NCBI GenBank assembly: GCA_963823345.1
Contig: CAWGLE010000004.1
Span: 513,166 to 577,165 of the forward strand
Reading direction: 5' to 3'
DNA length: 64,000 nt
Origin: Candidatus Sulfomarinibacteraceae bacterium
GTDB taxonomy: Bacteria > Acidobacteriota > Thermoanaerobaculia > Thermoanaerobaculales > Sulfomarinibacteraceae
Shown: positions 37,431 through 48,025 of the stretch, piece after piece
Position numbering within the stretch: the first letter of the stretch is position 1
Layout of the letters: each line of letters starts with the position of its first letter
Made by a program: the position numbers and the translations under genes
Notes under the pieces: model-generated
What the model saw: only the letters and a program-made list of their open reading frames with translations
Database searches by the model: none
What the model was told of the DNA's origin: nothing

Positions 37431-40400
37431 TCACCACGTCGGCACCGTTTCCCACCCCGGGAAGGGATCATGGGTGAGCTTCCACCCAGTGGTGGACTCT
37501 TCGTCGCGGACGACGCGGAGGTTGGTGAGGGTTTTGAGCTTGGCGATGAGATCCTCACGCGGCAGGGTGTGGAGCGGCGGCTTCGAGAGGTCGGGCATAG
37601 GCCAGAGGCGGATCTCGGTTCCCGACGACGAGGCGATCCAACGATCCAGAGGGTCGACAGATACGGCGTAGATCTCGTCCGGATTTCCAAGCAGAAGATG
37701 AGGTTCCTCGCCAGTTATGGGTCCGACGCGGATCACGCCGTTCGAGTCACCCGTTACAGCGACCGTGCCCGATGGATCTATCGCGACCGCTGTCACGCGG
37801 TCCCCATGGGACTTGAGCGTATTTGTCAATCCGGTCTCGAGGTCGAGCGACACGGCTTTACCTAAAAGGGCCAAGGACGCCCTCTCGTTCCCAACTTCGG
37901 ACAGAAGCGCGTGGGTACTGTCCACGCCAACCGCAAACTTCTCCACAGGTTTTTCGAACAGGGCTTCCGTGACACCGGTTTCAAAATCCCAGCCGAACAA
38001 ACCCGATGAGTGCGAATACAGAACGAGCCCCCCCTCCGTGAATTGGAGGAAAGGAGTGGCATTGGTTTTGGCCAATTCGAGCGCTGCTATCTCTTCGGAC
38101 GAGGAAAGGTCCCACACTCGTACAACGGTTTCCTCATAATTCCCTTTCAAACCGGTGGCTGCAGCGAATCGGCCGTCGGGGCTGAACGCCGCTCCCCATA
38201 CAATTTTGGCGACGCCTGGAAGATCAACAGGTTTCTCATTGCTGAGTGAGAGCAGTTTTGTGCCGGTGGCGTGGGTCCCGAGAAGGAGGTGTTCCCCGTC
38301 AGGGGAAGCAGCGAGACCGTACGGATAAGCCCCCGCCTCGAACACAGTCCGGGCCGCCGGCACGTTATCGCCCTCCAAATCCCACACGCGAACGGCGCCG
38401 GTTGAGTCGACACCGCTCGTCGCGAGCCACCTGCCCTCGGGTCCGAATACCAAATTCATGGCTCGCTCCTCGTACCGATTGATCACCGCTGGGTAGGGTC
38501 AGGTCACTGGCCAGAGAGTCAGGCCGTTTGTAAACGAGGTGGCCAACCACCCGCCATTCGGGTGAACTCTCACGCGTCTCGGGGTGCTGGCGTCACCTCG
38601 TTGCAAGATTGTGGGTTCGGCGTCAGCCGGCGCCCGCAACCACCACAGCCGGGTTTTCGGGTCTGGATTGAGGATGCTGACGATCTGACCTTCAACTGGA
38701 TTGAGCGTCCAGCCCGCGGTTCCGCTGCTCTTCCCAAGATCGATGTGGCGAAGCAAGGTCGGTTCGCGGTCCCGAAGAGACCAGATCCACGATTCGACCA
38801 TGTCGTTTTTCCGTGTGATAACCTCGAACAACGATCCGTCGCCACTGATACTGAGTCGAATGTCGCCGCGTGGCCCCCCTTTGATCTCCCGTGGCGGCGA
38901 CTCCCCATCCAGGTCTCGCAGACGAATCCGCCCGTCTTCGGAGAGTGAAACGACGAATCGACCCTGGGGGTCGCATTGGAGGCGCACGACTGGAGTATCG
39001 AGAAAATCGAGATGTCGCGGCTCTGAGAGTTCGTGGTCTCCGACCTCGATCACGTAGACATTTTGACCGGACCCAACGGCAAACCATTTTCCTTTCGGGG
39101 CGCTTTGGCAAAGAACTGTCGAACGCGAGTCAAATGGGAGAGCGCCGAGGCGTTCGGAGCTGCCGTCGAATCCTAAGGCATCGATGAAGAAACGGTCGTC
39201 CTCTATCGACATCAGCAATACGCGGGCTCGCCCCAGGTCGAAATAGATTCTCCGAGTATTTTCTGGAATCCCGGATCGGCCGGTGGAAAGCAGTTTTTTT
39301 TCAGGAGCCGACCAGAGCGCCCATAGTTCGGCGTTGCCCCAGGGACTTGTCGCGAAAACTCCTGATTCCGTATCCATCGTCAGACCAACCCAGTCATCGT
39401 GCACGTCCTCTAACAGTTCATCGGTTCCTTCAGCACCGATAACATGCAGTTGGTAAGGGGCCGCATCCGTTGCCTGCACGAGCCACTGACCGTCAGGGGT
39501 GAACTCGATTTCCCACGACGGAATTTCGTTGACAACAAACGCTGTCGGGCCTTTCCAGAGCGCCTTGAGTGCGAGGAGCCGAGCCTCTGAACTGTCCGCC
39601 AGTTCGAGACTGGCCGTCGCGTATGCCACTGCGGCTGACGGATACGACTCGAGTTCTACCTGCGCCTGGGAAAGAAGGGTGGCGGCCTCGGCGCGGAGAG
39701 TTTCGCGGACGCTTCGCTGCCAGAATGTGCCGACGACCGCGAGGCCGGCGAGGAGGACAGCGAACCCTGCGCTCACCGCTATTCGACGCCTGCGCCGACG
39801 TCGCCCGGCGAGGGAGGTCATGGCGTTCCCGAAATCTCTTTCGATCTCGGTCAGGCCACCGGGATAGCTTTCGCGCCACACGGCGAACTCTCGGTAAGCC
39901 GAACCGGTCCAAAGCAGATCGTCAGATCGGTCGTGCTCGCTCCACGTCTTCGCTGCCTGCCGGAGTTGATCGCGGAGCTGGGCCGCATCGGCGTCCTGGG
40001 TCTGCCAGCGCACCAGCCGCGGCCAGTTGGCGAGCAGAGATTCGTGGATGATTTCTACTCTACGGGTTGGTTCGTGTTCGTCTTCGTGGATTTCGTATGA
40101 GGTCAGGAGTCGGGCGTCGATGAGTTCGCGAAGGACCTCTTCTGCGGCAGTGCGGGAGGGGATGAACCCCTCCCCTGCGGCTTTCCCTGTCTTCGTAGGG
40201 GCGGGGTTTATCCCCGCCCTGGGGTAGCTCCCACCGAAAATCGAAAGGAGTTCATTCCATTCACGGACGGCGCGGGTGCCTTCGGCGGTGATGAGGTTTC
40301 GGAAGAGTTCTCTGACGATGGGGATCCTCTCGACACCGGTGCGATCGATTGTTGCCTCGGCGTGCTGCGCCAATGCCCCGCCGACGCCGCCGATGTCGTG

Positions 40401-42045
40401 GTACGCCTTTCGGGTGAGAAGCCCGTTCTCCTTGTCGCGTCGTTCCCAAAGCCTCGCCGCCGCAAAGGCAAGCAGCGGGAGTGCTCCGCGTTCGCCTTCG
40501 ACCTCGGCGAGCATCTCGTCGACCAGATCGTCGTCCTCGAAGCGGTAACCGCACTGCAGAGCAGGTTGGGTCAGGGCGCGCCGAAGCGGTGCACCCTCCG
40601 GTGGGCCGAGCATCGTCATGTCGGCGAGCGCCGGACGCAGTGGCTTGTTCTGGTGGCAGCGGAAGAGATAGTCATCGCGCATGCTCAGCAGCACGACGAT
40701 GTCGGCCTCGAGAACGAGCGCGTTCAAGAGTTCTGCGATCGTGCTCTGGATCTCTGGCGGGTTGAGGGTGAACAGCTCCTCGAACTGATCGATGATCAAT
40801 AGTGCGTGGTCATGCTTGCGACGCCAACGAGCGACAAGGTCCACCGCGACGTCCAGCTCGTGAAAGCGTAGCAAGAGTTTTACGCCATCAGAATCTCCCG
40901 CCGTCTCGGTTGCGAAGGCTCCGGCAAGGGCGTTGACGGGTGCGTTGCCGGGGGTGCATCGAACAATTCCCCAGCCTGGCGGAGCGTGCGGCGCCAGCCC
41001 CGCCCCCAAGAAGGACGTTTTTCCGGCTCCCGAAGGGCCCGCGATTGCGAGCATTCGCGGCGGCCCTTCGAGCTTGCGCCACATCTGCTCGACCTCGGCC
41101 TCGCGGCCGAAGAAGTACTCGGCGTCTGATTCGGTGAAGGAGGCGAGGCCGGGGTAGGGGTGGAGGTCGTCGGCGCCTTCGACTCTGAGGGTGACGTCTT
41201 CGAGCGCTCTGGTCAGGGTGTGGGCGGAGTTGTAGCGGCCCTCGCGGTCTCTTTTTACCGCCTGTTTAATGACTGGCGCCCATGGCGTGTCGGGGACCTT
41301 TGCGGGCTCCGAGCGCACGCCTTCCCAGACGCTCTGCCGGGAGTCAAAACTCTTGATGCCTTCGGGACTCACCATCTCGGCCAACACCACGCCCGCTGCG
41401 TAAACGTCGGCCCGCGCATCGAGGGTCTGGCCTGCAGCCTGCTCCGGCGACATGTAGGCGGGTGTGCCGGCGACAGTCCCGCCGCCCTCGGTCTCCTGGC
41501 GGGCGAGGCCGAAGTCCATCACCACCACCCGCCCGGCACGGGTGAGCATGATGTTTTCGGGTTTGATGTCGCGGTGGATGAGGCCAGCCTTGTGGATCGC
41601 TTCGAGGCCGGCGAGGAACTGCGAGGCGATGTCCTGCGCTTCCTTGAGCTCGAGCGGACCGCGCTCCTGGAGCACGCCGAGAAGCGTCGCGCCGTCGACG
41701 TACTCCATCGACACCAGCTCGCGGCCCTCGACTTCGATCAGATCGAAGATCCGGCAGACGTTGGGCGAGACCACCTCACGAGCGGCGCGGACTTCCTGCC
41801 GCAACAGTTCCAACCGCCTCTCGGACTTGAAGAACTCGGGCCGCAATGCCTTCAGCGCCACCTCGACCCGCAGCTTCGAGGTCGAAGGCGTGCCACACCT
41901 CGCCCATCCCGCCGCGGCCGAGCATCTCCAGCACCTGATAGCGCTCACCGAGCACCTGACCGGGGGCGAAGCCCTTCATCCCCTCCGGCATGTCGAGGGT
42001 TTTGCCCTCGTCCTCGGTGCCTGTGGGGAGGTCGCGGTCAGTCAT
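37431..42045 (-). pseudogene. Paralogue D of kinase - STAND NTPase - TM - WD40 protein (least damaged: one +1 frameshift, one in-frame TGA)
   Basis: ATG 42045 (MTDRDLPTGTEDEGKTLDMPEG..). An extra C at 41877 splits the kinase between the Gly loop and VALK. A 1149-aa ORF (38499-41948) follows, then TGA 38499-38501 where B and C have Arg. The same frame continues for 356 codons to ..GWETVPTW* (37431). Confidence 0.6.
40154..40219. repeat. REPIN type 2 embedded in paralogue D coding region
   Basis: GGGAGGGGATGAACCCCTCCCCTGC-ggctttccctgtcttc-GTAGGGGCGGGGTTTATCCCCGCCC, translated ..AGINPAPTKTGKAAGEGFIPS.. within the intact 1149-aa ORF. Confidence 0.8.
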
Positions 42046-42079
42046 CGCGTGCCCTCAGATCCTGACGTATCAGTACGTG

Positions 42080-42098
42080 TGCAGGCGGGACGCCTGCA
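42080..42098. repeat. REP hairpin TGCAGGCG-gga-CGCCTGCA
   Basis: Identical to 25832-25850. It lies between the FHA regulator gene and the start of paralogue D. Confidence 0.7.
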
Positions 42099-42196
42099 CC
42101 ACAAGCGGGCCTCCGTTCTTGTGGTACGCGCGTCTGGTGGGTCGGGGAGGAGTGTCGGCGACGAGGTGTCGCTCGGTGGGGCCCGGTCCCCGCTGT

Positions 42197-42928
42197 TCAT
42201 GAGACCGTGTGCTCGGTCTGGGTGGGTTCGCCGTCGATGAGGTAGCGGAAACGAGCGACGCTGCGGCCGATCCAGATCTCGTCGCCGTCGGTCAGCACAG
42301 CTGGTTGGTGGAGGCGTTGCCCGTTGAGGAAGGTGCCGTTCTTGCTTCCCAGGTCTTCGACGGTCGCGGTGGTGCCGTTGACAAAGACTCTGGCGTGGCA
42401 GCGGGAGACCTCGGTGCGGTCGATGCACACGGTGGCGTCAGAGGTGCGCCCGATGACGTTGGAGCCCTGGGAGAGGGGATACTCGGTTCCGTTCCCCTGG
42501 AGCCGGAGCGGGAGGGTGACTTCGCGGACCGGACGGATCGCAGCCTCCACCGGCGTCACTGCGGCCACCAGCCGGTAGCCCTTGCGCGGGATGTTCTCGA
42601 TGTAGAGGGGGTTTCGGGCATCGTCGCCGAGGGCGGCGCGGATCTCGGCGATGACCTGGGTGAGGGCGTGGTCGGACACGAACTCGGTGCGCCACACGGC
42701 GTCGATGAGGTGGCGCTTGGCGGCCAGCTTGCCGGCCTCCATCGCGAGACATACCAGCACGTCCATCGCCCGCGGGCGGAGCTGGAGGACAGTGCCGTCG
42801 CGCGAGATCCGGTCGAGCGTCGGCTCCACCAACCAGTCGCCGAGATGGAACGACCGTCTGGGGGCGCCCGCCATGTCTCCTGTCGGTTGCATTTTGAGAG
42901 AAGTATAGGGCTTAAGGAGTGAGACCAC
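42197..42928 (-). CDS. Transcriptional regulator: CadC/OmpR-type winged helix + C-terminal FHA domain
   Basis: ..FHLGDWLVEPTLDRISRDGTVLQLRPRAMDVLVCL..IENIPRKGYRLVA (Trans_reg_C-like). Then ..NVIGRTSDATVCIDRTEVSRCHARVFVNGTTATVEDLGSKNGTFLNGQRL..GDEIWIGRSVARF (FHA). Start at GTG 42928 or ATG 42892. Confidence 0.8.
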   Translation of the reverse strand: MVSLLKPYTSLKMQPTGDMAGAPRRSFHLGDWLVEPTLDRISRDGTVLQLRPRAMDVLVCLAMEAGKLAAKRHLIDAVWRTEFVSDHALTQVIAEIRAALGDDARNPLYIENIPRKGYRLVAAVTPVEAAIRPVREVTLPLRLQGNGTEYPLSQGSNVIGRTSDATVCIDRTEVSRCHARVFVNGTTATVEDLGSKNGTFLNGQRLHQPAVLTDGDEIWIGRSVARFRYLIDGEPTQTEHTVS

Positions 42929-43149
42929 AACTCATTCAATGGTTTGGACGGTGTGAGATTCGGTAGTGTGAGTGAGTCCACGAATTGAATCTGGGGTACT
43001 TGTTCTGGAAAACCCTCAGGATTCTGTACGGGACCGGTGCCGAGTCGATCCGGAGTGATCATTGGAACGAACGTGAAACTCGAAGAACCGACTGGCTGCG
43101 CCGTATTTTGAGGCCTCCTTCACCTTCCTCTTGGATGACCTGACGAGGG

Positions 43150-43196
43150 TTGACGAGAGCGTGAATAGAATTTAGACTAGTTTAAGACCAGTCTAA
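43150..43196 (+). promoter_or_regulatory. Candidate promoter/operator of the phd-vapC pair
   Basis: TTGACG(43150)-17 nt-TAGACT(43173). Inverted repeat TTAGAC(43172)..GTCTAA(43191). GGAGG at 43199, ATG at 43208. Confidence 0.45.
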
Positions 43197-43207
43197 TTGG
43201 AGGCGAT

Positions 43208-43447
43208 ATGGGACGCGTCGGAGCTTATGAGGCAAAGACCCATCTCTCCCGGCTCTTGGAGAGAGTCGCAAAGGGCGAGTGGATCACGATCACCAAGCAC
43301 GGACAACCCGTGGCGATTCTGAAGCCGGTAGAGGATCGGGGAAAGCGGGCCATCGCTGACGTTGTCGCCGACATGCGCAGGTTTCGCAGCGGCCGCGACC
43401 TCGAGGGCGATTCCATTCGAGAACTGATCGAGGACGGCAGGCGATGA
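43208..43447 (+). CDS. Phd/YefM-family type II antitoxin
   Basis: 79 aa; MGRVGAYEAKTHLSRLLERVAKGEWITITKHGQPVAILKPV.. is the typical Phd/YefM N-terminus. There is a 4-nt ATGA overlap with the next gene. Confidence 0.8.
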   Translation: MGRVGAYEAKTHLSRLLERVAKGEWITITKHGQPVAILKPVEDRGKRAIADVVADMRRFRSGRDLEGDSIRELIEDGRR

Positions 43448-43863
43448 CGCCGCTGGTGCTCGACTGCTCGGTGACGATGGCATGGTGTTTCGAGAACGAG
43501 GGTGGCGAGTTTGCCGACAGGGTGCTCGACAACCTCGCTGACTCCGAAGCGTGGGTGCCGTCGCTGTGGACGTTCGAGGTCGCAAATGTACTTCTAGTTG
43601 CCGAACGCCGGGGACGAATCACGCCAGCGGATTCGATGCGTTTCGTGACTCTGCTCGGCGATCTGCCGATTCAGATCGATGACGGCTCGCACCAACGCGC
43701 CTTCGGTTCGATTGTGTCGATCGGGCGGGATCATGGGCTTTCAGCCTACGACGCGACGTATCTCGATCTGGCCATGCGCCTCGGCGGCGTAATGGCGACC
43801 GGAGACGAGAAACTGCGCGAGGCTTGTAGGGAAAGCGGTATTCCCATCTTCGAGGGCGGCTGA
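43444..43863 (+). CDS. vapC: PIN-domain toxin (VapC-like)
   Basis: 139 aa; N-terminal ..LVLDCSV.. Asp, ..AYDATYLDLA.. and ..ATGDEKL.. acidic PIN residues. Confidence 0.8.
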   Translation: MTPLVLDCSVTMAWCFENEGGEFADRVLDNLADSEAWVPSLWTFEVANVLLVAERRGRITPADSMRFVTLLGDLPIQIDDGSHQRAFGSIVSIGRDHGLSAYDATYLDLAMRLGGVMATGDEKLREACRESGIPIFEGG

Positions 43864-43880
43864 TCACCAACCCGCCGCCC

Positions 43881-43899
43881 GGCAGCCGGGACGGCTGCC
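43881..43899. repeat. REP hairpin GGCAGCCG-gga-CGGCTGCC
   Basis: Same hairpin as 25861-25879 and the reverse complement of 6286-6304; 18 nt after the vapC stop. Confidence 0.7.
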
Positions 43900-43956
43900 C
43901 CCCACAAGCACCAACAAGTTCCACTGGGAGCGCAGCCTCACGTGGCGAGCAGACTC

Positions 43957-43995
43957 TTGAAATTGTTCATTTTACTCCTTACCATGAAGTAAGGA
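43957..43995 (+). promoter_or_regulatory. Candidate promoter/operator of the second vapBC pair
   Basis: TTGAAA(43957)-17 nt-TACCAT(43980). A 7-bp inverted repeat TCCTTAC(43976)..GTAAGGA(43989) overlaps the -10. Confidence 0.4.
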
Positions 43996-44014
43996 ATATT
44001 AGTTGAAGTAATTC

Positions 44015-44254
44015 ATGCCGAGTTCGACGCTCACATCCAAGGGTCAGGTCACGATCCCGAAGACTGTCAGGGATGAACTCGGATTGCGGGAAGGGGACCG
44101 GGTGGCGTTTCGGGTCCTCGACGACGGGACCGTTGTCGTCGAGCCCGAGACCGTGGACCTTCTCGATCTTGCCGGCACCCTCGAGCCGAGGCGCAAGGGC
44201 GTGACCCTGGCCGACATGGACGAGGCGATCCGTGCCGAGGCCGGCACGCGATGA
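44015..44254 (+). CDS. vapB: AbrB/MazE/SpoVT-fold antitoxin (VapB-like)
   Basis: 79 aa; ..LTSKGQVTIPKTVRDELGLREGDRVAFRVLDDGTVVVEP.. swapped-hairpin motif. Confidence 0.8.
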   Translation: MPSSTLTSKGQVTIPKTVRDELGLREGDRVAFRVLDDGTVVVEPETVDLLDLAGTLEPRRKGVTLADMDEAIRAEAGTR

Positions 44255-44646
44255 TCGGCCTCGACACCAATGTTCTGGTGCGGTTTCTGGTCAGGGATGA
44301 CGAGAAGCAGTCGAGGCAAGCGAAAAAGCTCATCAAAGGTGCGGTGGAGCGAGGTGAACAACTCTTTGTCAGCGACATCGTGATGTGCGAGACCGTGCGG
44401 GTCCTGTCGTCGGCCTACGGCTTCACGCGCCCCGAGATCGTCGTTGCGTTGGCCGGGTTGGTGCGGGCGAGGAATCTGGTCTTTTCGTCCACGGATCGGC
44501 TTGCGCGAGCCCTCGACGCCTACCGCTACGGGAAGGGTGATTTCGCCGACTACCTCATCCGCGAACTCGCTCGAGCGGCCGGAGCCGACACCGTCGCGAC
44601 CTTCGACCGCGCCCTGCTGAAGGACGAGGGTTTCATAAGCCCCTAA
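44251..44646 (+). CDS. vapC: PIN-domain toxin (VapC-like), second copy
   Basis: 131 aa; MIGLDTNVLVRFLVRDD..; 4-nt overlap with vapB. Confidence 0.8.
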   Translation: MIGLDTNVLVRFLVRDDEKQSRQAKKLIKGAVERGEQLFVSDIVMCETVRVLSSAYGFTRPEIVVALAGLVRARNLVFSSTDRLARALDAYRYGKGDFADYLIRELARAAGADTVATFDRALLKDEGFISP

Positions 44647-44675
44647 CCCGATGCACTTCTCACGCGCCTATCCTC

Positions 44676-44710
44676 AATTCAAAATTGAGAATTCAAAATT
44701 CAAAATTAGA
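44676..44710. repeat. Tandem 7-mer array (AATTCAA-like)5
   Basis: aattcaa aattgag aattcaa aattcaa aattaga. It contains the stop codon (44706-44708, minus strand) of the hydrolase gene. Confidence 0.75.
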
Positions 44711-45260
44711 CGGGTATCCGTTTGACGAGCTTCGCCACCATCTTGAAGTCGGCGGTGTCGCAGCGCTCGACGAGCTCGAAGAGGGCGCTTTCGGTGGAGG
44801 TGACGACGGCGCCGGCGCGGGCCATGCGCCGGAGGGCCCAGATCTTGTCGGCCGATCGGCGGGAGTTGACGGCGTCCTGGGGAACGTGGACCTGGAAGCC
44901 GGCGGCCAGCAGGTCGAGGACGGTCTGGGCGACGCAGACGTGGGTCTCGATGCCGGTGACCAGGATCTGCGGTCTCTGGGTGGATTCGATCTCCACTCGG
45001 AGGTTCTTGTCGCGGAAGCAGGAGAAGGTGAGCTTGGCGGCGGGCGTGCCGCCGAGGGCGGCGGCGAGCGAGGGCACGGTGGGGCCGAGCCCCTGCGGGT
45101 ACTGCTCGCTGCCGACGACCGGCACCCCGAGGTTTCTGCAGGCCTCGACCAGCACTTCGATCCGCGGCAGGTGGCCCTGGTCGGCCATGACGGCGTTGAT
45201 CCGGTCCTGGACGTCGATCACCAGCAGGGCGGCCTGATCGCGGGCGAGCAGTCGGTTCAT
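44706..45260 (-). CDS. Isochorismatase-family cysteine hydrolase
   Basis: 184 aa; ..ALLVIDVQDRI.., ..ILVTGIETHVCVAQTVLDL.. (catalytic Cys). Confidence 0.8.
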   Translation of the reverse strand: MNRLLARDQAALLVIDVQDRINAVMADQGHLPRIEVLVEACRNLGVPVVGSEQYPQGLGPTVPSLAAALGGTPAAKLTFSCFRDKNLRVEIESTQRPQILVTGIETHVCVAQTVLDLLAAGFQVHVPQDAVNSRRSADKIWALRRMARAGAVVTSTESALFELVERCDTADFKMVAKLVKRIPV

Positions 45261-45329
45261 GACGTGCCTCCGTGGGCGGGCATTCTACTTCCGAAATCGA
45301 AACGATGATGAGATGGTTACAATACTCCG

Positions 45330-46012
45330 ATGGACGAGCACCGTAACGACGACGAGGTTGAGCGAGAGCCAGAAGCCCCGGCCGCGGAGAAGCCCGCACC
45401 GCAGAAACCGGTGGCGGCCGATGTCTTTGCGGTCCCGCCTGCGACCGGCAAGGAGGCGTGGCGCGGCGGGTCGGGTTGCGGGCCCCGGGCCAAGATCTAC
45501 GTCATGATCGTCGGGGTGGCGGGTCTGGTCGCGATCCTTCTCGTCGGTCTGTCGGTCCTGCGCCGCGGGGTGTGGGTGACGATGGACCAGGGCCGCCAGG
45601 CGGTGGTGCAGAACCTGCCGTTCGACCTCCCGCCGGCCGAGCGCCAGCGCATCATCAAGAACCTCGATCGGTTCCGGGCCCTCCTCGAAGCCTCCGACGA
45701 TCCCTACCCGGTCATGGGTGAGTTCATGACGCGGGTGCGGGCGGTCCTGAGAGACGGCCGCCTCACGGTCGACGAGGTCAGCGGGCTCAGCGTCTATATC
45801 GAGAGGGTGATCGAGGAGTCGGGGATACCACCGCTGCAGCTCGGATTTCGGATTTCGGATTTCGGATTTCGGATTGCCACCCTGCCACCCCCTTCCATGC
45901 AGCTGCTCGAGGATGACTGTGCAGCCGATTTCCTCCACCACCAGCGGAGCCTTCTGAGCCGGGGGAGGGTGGACGGGAAATCCGAAATCCGAAATCCGAA
46001 ATCCGAAATTTC

Positions 46013-46016
<4 letters not shown>
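45330..46016 (+). CDS. Hypothetical single-pass membrane protein; C-terminus read from a heptamer-repeat element
   Basis: 228-aa ORF with [24 protein letters not shown]. From ~45836 the frame runs through (GGATTTC)n and (GAAATCC)n (..[13 protein letters not shown]...[12 protein letters not shown]). The stop overlaps the uvrB ATG. Confidence 0.5.
45843..46011. repeat. Inverted pair of 7-mer arrays (GGATTTC)5 ... (GAAATCC)5 enclosing ~100 bp
   Basis: 45843-45877 and 45977-46011 are reverse complements of each other. The second ends 1 nt before the uvrB ATG. Confidence 0.8.

Positions 46017-48023
<2,007 letters not shown>

Positions 48024-48025
<2 letters not shown>

Noticed and set aside
38499-38501. 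In-frame TGA of paralogue D as a second selenocysteine codon
   Set aside because: Paralogues B and C have Arg at this position (a CGA->TGA transition is the simplest explanation). The site is not a redox motif. I see no convincing hairpin within ~40 nt downstream. I treat it as a nonsense lesion (or an error) until shown otherwise.
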